64,000 nucleotides of DNA from assembly GCF_009914755.1 (NCBI RefSeq), contig NC_060925.1, one strand, 5' to 3'. Source of the DNA: the human T2T-CHM13v2.0 reference genome, Homo sapiens. The stretch's first letter is position 1. Each line of letters begins with the position of its first letter. The notes below the pieces were generated by a model. That model was not told the origin of the DNA. It worked only from the letters and a program-made list of their open reading frames with translations, and made no database searches. Shown piece by piece: positions 58,233 to 64,000 of this stretch. A program made the translations under genes and the position numbers.

Positions 58233-61200
58233 ATGGAATCGTCATCGAATGAATTGAATGCAATCATCAAATGGTCTCGAATGGAATCATCTTCTAATGG
58301 AAAGGAATGGAATCATCGCATAGAATCGAATGGAATTATCATCGAATGGAATCGAATGGTATCAACACCAAACGGAAAAAAACGGAATTATCGAATGGAA
58401 TCGAAGAGAATCTTCGAACGGACCCGAATGGAATCATCTAATGGAATGGAATGGAATAATCCATGGACTCGAATGCAATCATCATCGAATGGAATCGAAT
58501 GGAATCATCGAATGGACTCGAATGGAATAATCATTGAACGGAATCGATTGGAATCATCATCGGATGGAAATGAATGGAATCATCATCGAATGGAAATGAA
58601 AGGAGTCATCATCTAATGGAATTGCATGGAATCATCATAAAATGGAATCGAATGGAATCAACATCAAATGGAATCAAATGGAATCATTGAACGGAATTGA
58701 ATGGAATCGTCATCGAATGAATTGACTGCAATCATCGAATGGTCTCGAATGGAATCATCTTCAAATGGAATGGAATGGAATCATCGCATAGAATCGAATG
58801 GAATTATCATCGAATGGAATCGAATGGAATCAACATCAAACGGAAAAAAACGGAATTATCGAATGGAATCGAAGAGAATCATCGAATGGACCCGAATGGA
58901 ATCATCTAATGGAATGGAATGGAATAATCCATGGACTCGAATGCAATCATCATCGAATGGAATCGAATGGAATCATCGAATGGACTCGAATGGAATAATC
59001 ATTGAACGGAATCGAATGGAATCATCATCGGATGGAAATGAATGGAATCATCATCGAATGGAATCGAATAGAATTATGGAATGAAATCCAGTGTGATCAT
59101 CATCGAATGGACCCGAATGGAATCATCATCCAACGGAAGCTAATGGAATCAACATCGAATGAATCGAATGGAAACACCATCGAATTGAAACGAATGGAAT
59201 TATCATGAAATTGAAATGGATGGACTCATCATCGAATGGATTCGAATGGAATCATCGAATAAAATTGATTGAAATCATCATCGAATGGAATCGAATGGTA
59301 TCATTGAATGGAATCGAATGGAATCATCATCAGATGGAAATGAATGGAATCGTCATAGAATGGAATCGAATGGATTCATTGAATGGAATCAGATGGAATC
59401 ATCGAATGGACTGGAATGGAATCATTGAATGGACTCGAAAGGGATCATTATTGAATGGAATTGAATGGAATCATCGAATGGTCTCGATTGGAATCATTAT
59501 CAAATGGAATCGAATGGAATCACCAAATAGAATCGAATGGAACAATCATCGAATGGACTCAAATGGAATTATCCTCCAATGGAATCGAATGGAATTATCG
59601 AATGCAATCGAATGGAATTATCGAATGCAATCGAATAGAATCATCGAATGGACTCGAATGGAATCATCGAATGGAATGGAATGGAACAGTCAATGAACTC
59701 GAATGGAATCATCATTGAATGGAATCGAATGGAATCATCGAGTGGAATCGAATGGAATTATGATCAAATGGAATCGAAAGTAATCATCATCAAATGGAAT
59801 CAAAAATAACCATCATCAATTGGTATTGAATGGAATTGTCATCAAATGGAATTCAAAGGAATCATCATCAAATGGAACCGAATGGAATCCTCATTGAATG
59901 GAAATGAAAGGGGTCATCATCTAATGGAATCGCATGGAATCATCATCAAATGGAATCGAATGGAATCATCATCAAATGGAATCTAATGGAATCATTGAAC
60001 AGAATTGAATGGAATCGTCATCGAATGAATTGAATGCAATCATCGAATGGTCTCGAATGGAATCATCTTCTAATGGAAAGGAATGGAATCATCGCATAGA
60101 ATCGAATGGAATTATCATCGAATGGAATCGAATGGTATCAACACCAAACGGAAAAATACGGAATTATCGAATGGAATCGAAGAGAATCTTCGAACGGACC
60201 CGAATGGAATCATCTAATGGAATGGAATGGAATAATCCATGGACTCGAATGCAATCATCATCGAATGGAATGGAATGGAATCATCGAATGGACTCGAATG
60301 GAATAATCATTGAACGGAATCGAATGGAATCATCATCGGATGGAAACGAATGGAATCATCATCGAATGGAAATGAAAGGAGTCATCATCTAATGGAATTG
60401 CATGGAATCATCATAAAATGGAATCGAATGGAATCAACATCAAATGGAATCAAATGGAATCATTGAACGGAATTGAATGGAATCGTCATCGAATGAATTG
60501 ACTGCAATCATCGAATGGTCTCGAATGGAATCATCTTCAAATGGAATGGAATGGAATCATCGCATAGAATCGAATGGAATTATCATCGAATGGAATCGAA
60601 TGGAATCAACATCAAACGGAAAAAAACGGAATTATCGAATGGAATCGAAGAGAATCATCGAATGGACCCGAATGGAATCATCTAATGGAATGGAATGGAA
60701 TAATCCATGGACTCGAATGCAATCATCATCGAATGGAATCGAATGGAATCATCGAATGGACTCGAATGGAATAATCATTGAACGGAATCGAATGGAATCA
60801 TCATCGGATGGAAATGAATGGAATCATCATCGAATGGAATCGAATAGAATTATGGAATGAAATCCAGTGTGATCATCATCGAATGGACCCGAATGGAATC
60901 ATCATCCAACGGAAGCTAATGGAATCAACATCGAATGAATCGAATGGAAACACCATCGAATTGAAACGAATGGAATTATCATGAAATTGAAATGGATGGA
61001 CTCATCATCGAATGGATTCGAATGGAATCATCGAATAAAATTGATTGAAATCATCATCCAATGGAATCGAATGGTATCATTGAATGGAAACGAATGGAAT
61101 CATCATCAGATGGAAATGAATGGAATCGTCATAGAATGGAATCGAATGGATTCATTGAATGGAATCAGATGGAATCATCGAATGGACTGGAATGGAATCA

Positions 61201-64000
61201 TTGAATGGACTCGAAAGGGATCATGATTGAATGGAATTGAATGGAATCATCGAATGGTCTCGATTGGAATCATTATCAAATGGAATCGAATGGAATCACC
61301 GAATAGAATCGAATGGAACAATCATCGAATGGACTCAAATGGAATTATCCTCCAATGGAATCGAATGGAATTATCGAATGCAATCGAATGGAATTATCGA
61401 ATGCAATCGAATAGAATCATCGAATGGACTCGAATGGAATCATCGAATGGAATGGAATGGAACAGTCAATGAACTCGAATGGAATCATCATTGAATGGAA
61501 TCGAATGGAATCATCGAGTGGAATCGAATGGAATTATGATCAAATGGAATCGAATGTAATCATCATCAAATGGAATCAAAAATAACCATCATCAATTGGT
61601 ATTGAATGGAATTGTCATCAAATGGAATTCAAAGGAATCATCATCAAATGGAACCGAATGGAATCCTCATTGAATGGAAATGAAAGGGGTCATCATCTAA
61701 TGGAATCGCATGGAATCATCATCAAATGGAATCGAATGGAATCATCATCAAATGGAATCTAATGGAATCATTGAACAGAATTGAATGGAATCGTCATCGA
61801 ATGAATTGAATGCAATCATCGAATGGTCTCGAATGGAATCATCTTCTAATGGAAAGGAATGGAATCATTGCATAGAATCGAATGGAATTATCATCGAATG
61901 GAATCAAATGGTATCAACACCAAACGGAAAAAAACGGAATTATCGAATGGAATCAAAGAGAATCTTCGAACGGACCCGAATGGAATCATCTAATGGAATG
62001 GAATGGAATAATCCATGGACTCGAATGCAATCATCATCGAATGGAATGGAATGGAATCATCGAATGGACTCGAATGGAATAATCATTGAACGGAATCGAA
62101 TGGAATCATCATCGGATGGAAACGAATGGAATCATCATCGAATGGAAATGAAAGGAGTCATCATCTAATGGAATTGCATGGAATCATCATAAAATGGAAT
62201 CGAATGGAATCCACATCAAATGGAATCAAATGGAATCATTGAACGGAATTGAATGGAATCGTCATCGAATGAATTGACTGCAATCATCGAATGGGCTCGA
62301 ATGGAATCATCTTCAAATGGAATGGAATGGAATCATCGCATAGAATCGAATGGAATTATCATCGAATGGAATCGAATGGAATCAACATCAAACGGAAAAA
62401 AACAGAATTATCGTATGGAATCGAAGAGAATCATCGAATGGACCCGAATGGAATCATCTAATGGAATGGAATGGAATAATCCATGGACTCGAATGCAATC
62501 ATCATCGAATGGAATCGAATGGAATCATCGAATGGACTCGAATGGAATAATCATTGAACGGAATCGAATGGAATCATCATCGGATGGAAATGAATGGAAT
62601 CATCATCGAATGGAATCGAATAGAATTATGGAATGAAATCCAGTGTGATCATCATCGAATGGACCCGAATGGAATCATGATCCAACGGAAGCTAATGGAA
62701 TCAACATCGAATGAATCGAATGGAAACACCATCGAATTGAAACGAATGGAATTATCATGAAATTGAAATGGATGGACTCATCATCGAATGGATTCGAATG
62801 GAATCATCGAATAAAATTGATTGAAATCATCATCGAATGAAATCGAATGGTATCATTGAATGGAATCGAATGGAATCATCATCAGATGGAAATGAATGGA
62901 ATCGTCATAGAATGGAATCGAATGGATTCATTGAATGGAATCAGATGGAATCATCGAATGGACTGGAATGGAATCATTGAATGGACTCGAAAGGGATCAT
63001 TATTGAATGGAATTGAATGGAATCATCGAATGGTCTCGATTGGAATCATTATCAAATGGAATCGAATGGAATCACCGAATAGAATCGAATGGAACAATCA
63101 TCGAATGGACTCAAATGGAATTATCCTCAAATGGAATCGAATGGAATTATCGAATGCAATCGAATGGAATTATCGAATGCAATCGAATAGAATCATCGAA
63201 TGGACTCGAATGGAATCATCGAATGGAATGGAATGGAACAGTCAATGAACTCGAATGGAATCATCATTGAATGGAATCGAATGGAATCATCGAGTGGAAT
63301 CGAATGGAATTATGATCAAATGGAATCGAATGTAATCATCATCAAATGGAATCAAAAATAACCATCATCAATTGGTATTGAATGGAATTGTCATCAAATG
63401 GAATTCAAAGGAATCATCATCAAATGGAACCGAATGGAATCCTCATTGAATGGAAATGAAAGGGGTCATCATCTAATGGAATCGCATGGAATCATCATCA
63501 AATGGAATCGAATGGAATCATCATCAAATGGAATCTAATGGAATCATTGAACAGAATTGAATGGAATCGTCATCGAATGAATTGAATGCAATCATCGAAT
63601 GGTCTCGAATGGAATCATCTTCTAATGGAAAGCAATGGAATCATCGCATAGAATCGAATGGAATTATCATCGAATGGAATCGAATGGTATCAACACCAAA
63701 CGGAAAAAAACGGAATTATCGAATGGAATCGAAGAGAATCTTCGAACGGACCCGAATGGAATCATCTAATGGAATGGAATGGAATAATCCATGGACTCGA
63801 ATGCAATCATCATCGAATGGAATGGAATGGAATCATCGAATGGACTCGAATGGAATAATCATTGAACGGAATCGAATGGAATCATCATCGGATGGAAACG
63901 AATGGAATCATCATCGAATGGAAATGAAAGGAGTCATCATCTAATGGAATTGCATGGAATCATCATAAAATGGAATCGAATGGAATCAACATCAAATGGA

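Larger units (their letters stand above)
1..64000. repeat. Human satellite II (HSat2/HSATII) pericentromeric tandem array, GGAAT strand shown, continuing past both window edges
   Basis: Every line is made of diverged GAATG pentamers and gaatggaatcgaatggaatcatc(atc) 23/26-bp motifs. The reverse complement is rich in CATTCGATTC and CATTCGATGATTC, diagnostic of HSat2 rather than the purer (CATTC)n HSat3. No non-satellite sequence seen. Confidence 0.97.

Noticed and set aside
1-63944. Hundreds of + strand ORFs of 60-180 aa rich in MEWN/GIIE/HRM
   Set aside because: They are low-complexity translations of GAATG-type repeats. They overlap in all three frames, recur with the unit period, are opened or closed by random single changes and show no recognisable domain.
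1-64000. All ORFs lie on one strand, suggesting coding polarity
   Set aside because: Composition explains it. The + strand is full of ATG, while frequent TCA on + gives TGA stops on the minus strand. It shows only that the array has no inversion here.
1-64000. CRISPR-like or cassette-like repeat/spacer system
   Set aside because: There are no unique spacers and no cas, recombinase or reverse-transcriptase genes. The inter-motif sequence is itself repeated in every unit.
1-64000. Alpha satellite, HSat3/DYZ1, telomeric repeat, or embedded Alu/L1
   Set aside because: There is no 171-bp period or CENP-B box, no long pure GGAAT runs, no TTAGGG, and no non-satellite insert or poly-A tail. All unit spacings are explained by satellite-internal indels.

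Overview
The whole 64-kb window is one uninterrupted, single-orientation tandem satellite array, shown on the GGAAT strand. It is built from diverged (GAATG)n pentamers and GAATGGAATC(ATC)1-2 motifs rich in TCGA, the CATTCGATTC signature of human satellite II (HSat2/HSATII). The dominant repeat unit is 1,776 bp with one EcoRI site per unit, which matches the classic 1.77-kb HSat2 of chromosome 1q12 (pUC1.77/D1Z1-type). The chromosome assignment is an inference. There are 38 unit anchors, and each normal unit contains an internal 468-bp A/B tandem duplication. I found no genes, RNA genes, transposons, CRISPR arrays or unique sequence. All listed ORFs are translations of the satellite, and I found no new gene-based system. 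The real information lies in array architecture: shortened units (1,331, 1,308, 1,301, 1,753 and 1,773 bp), the same 468-bp loss arising at three different crossover points, multi-unit blocks re-copied at offsets of 3,107, 3,552, about 4,880, 10,656, 14,208 and about 15,090 bp, and apparent short conversion tracts and mutation clusters. All comparisons were made by eye with help from the ORF track, not by computed alignment.
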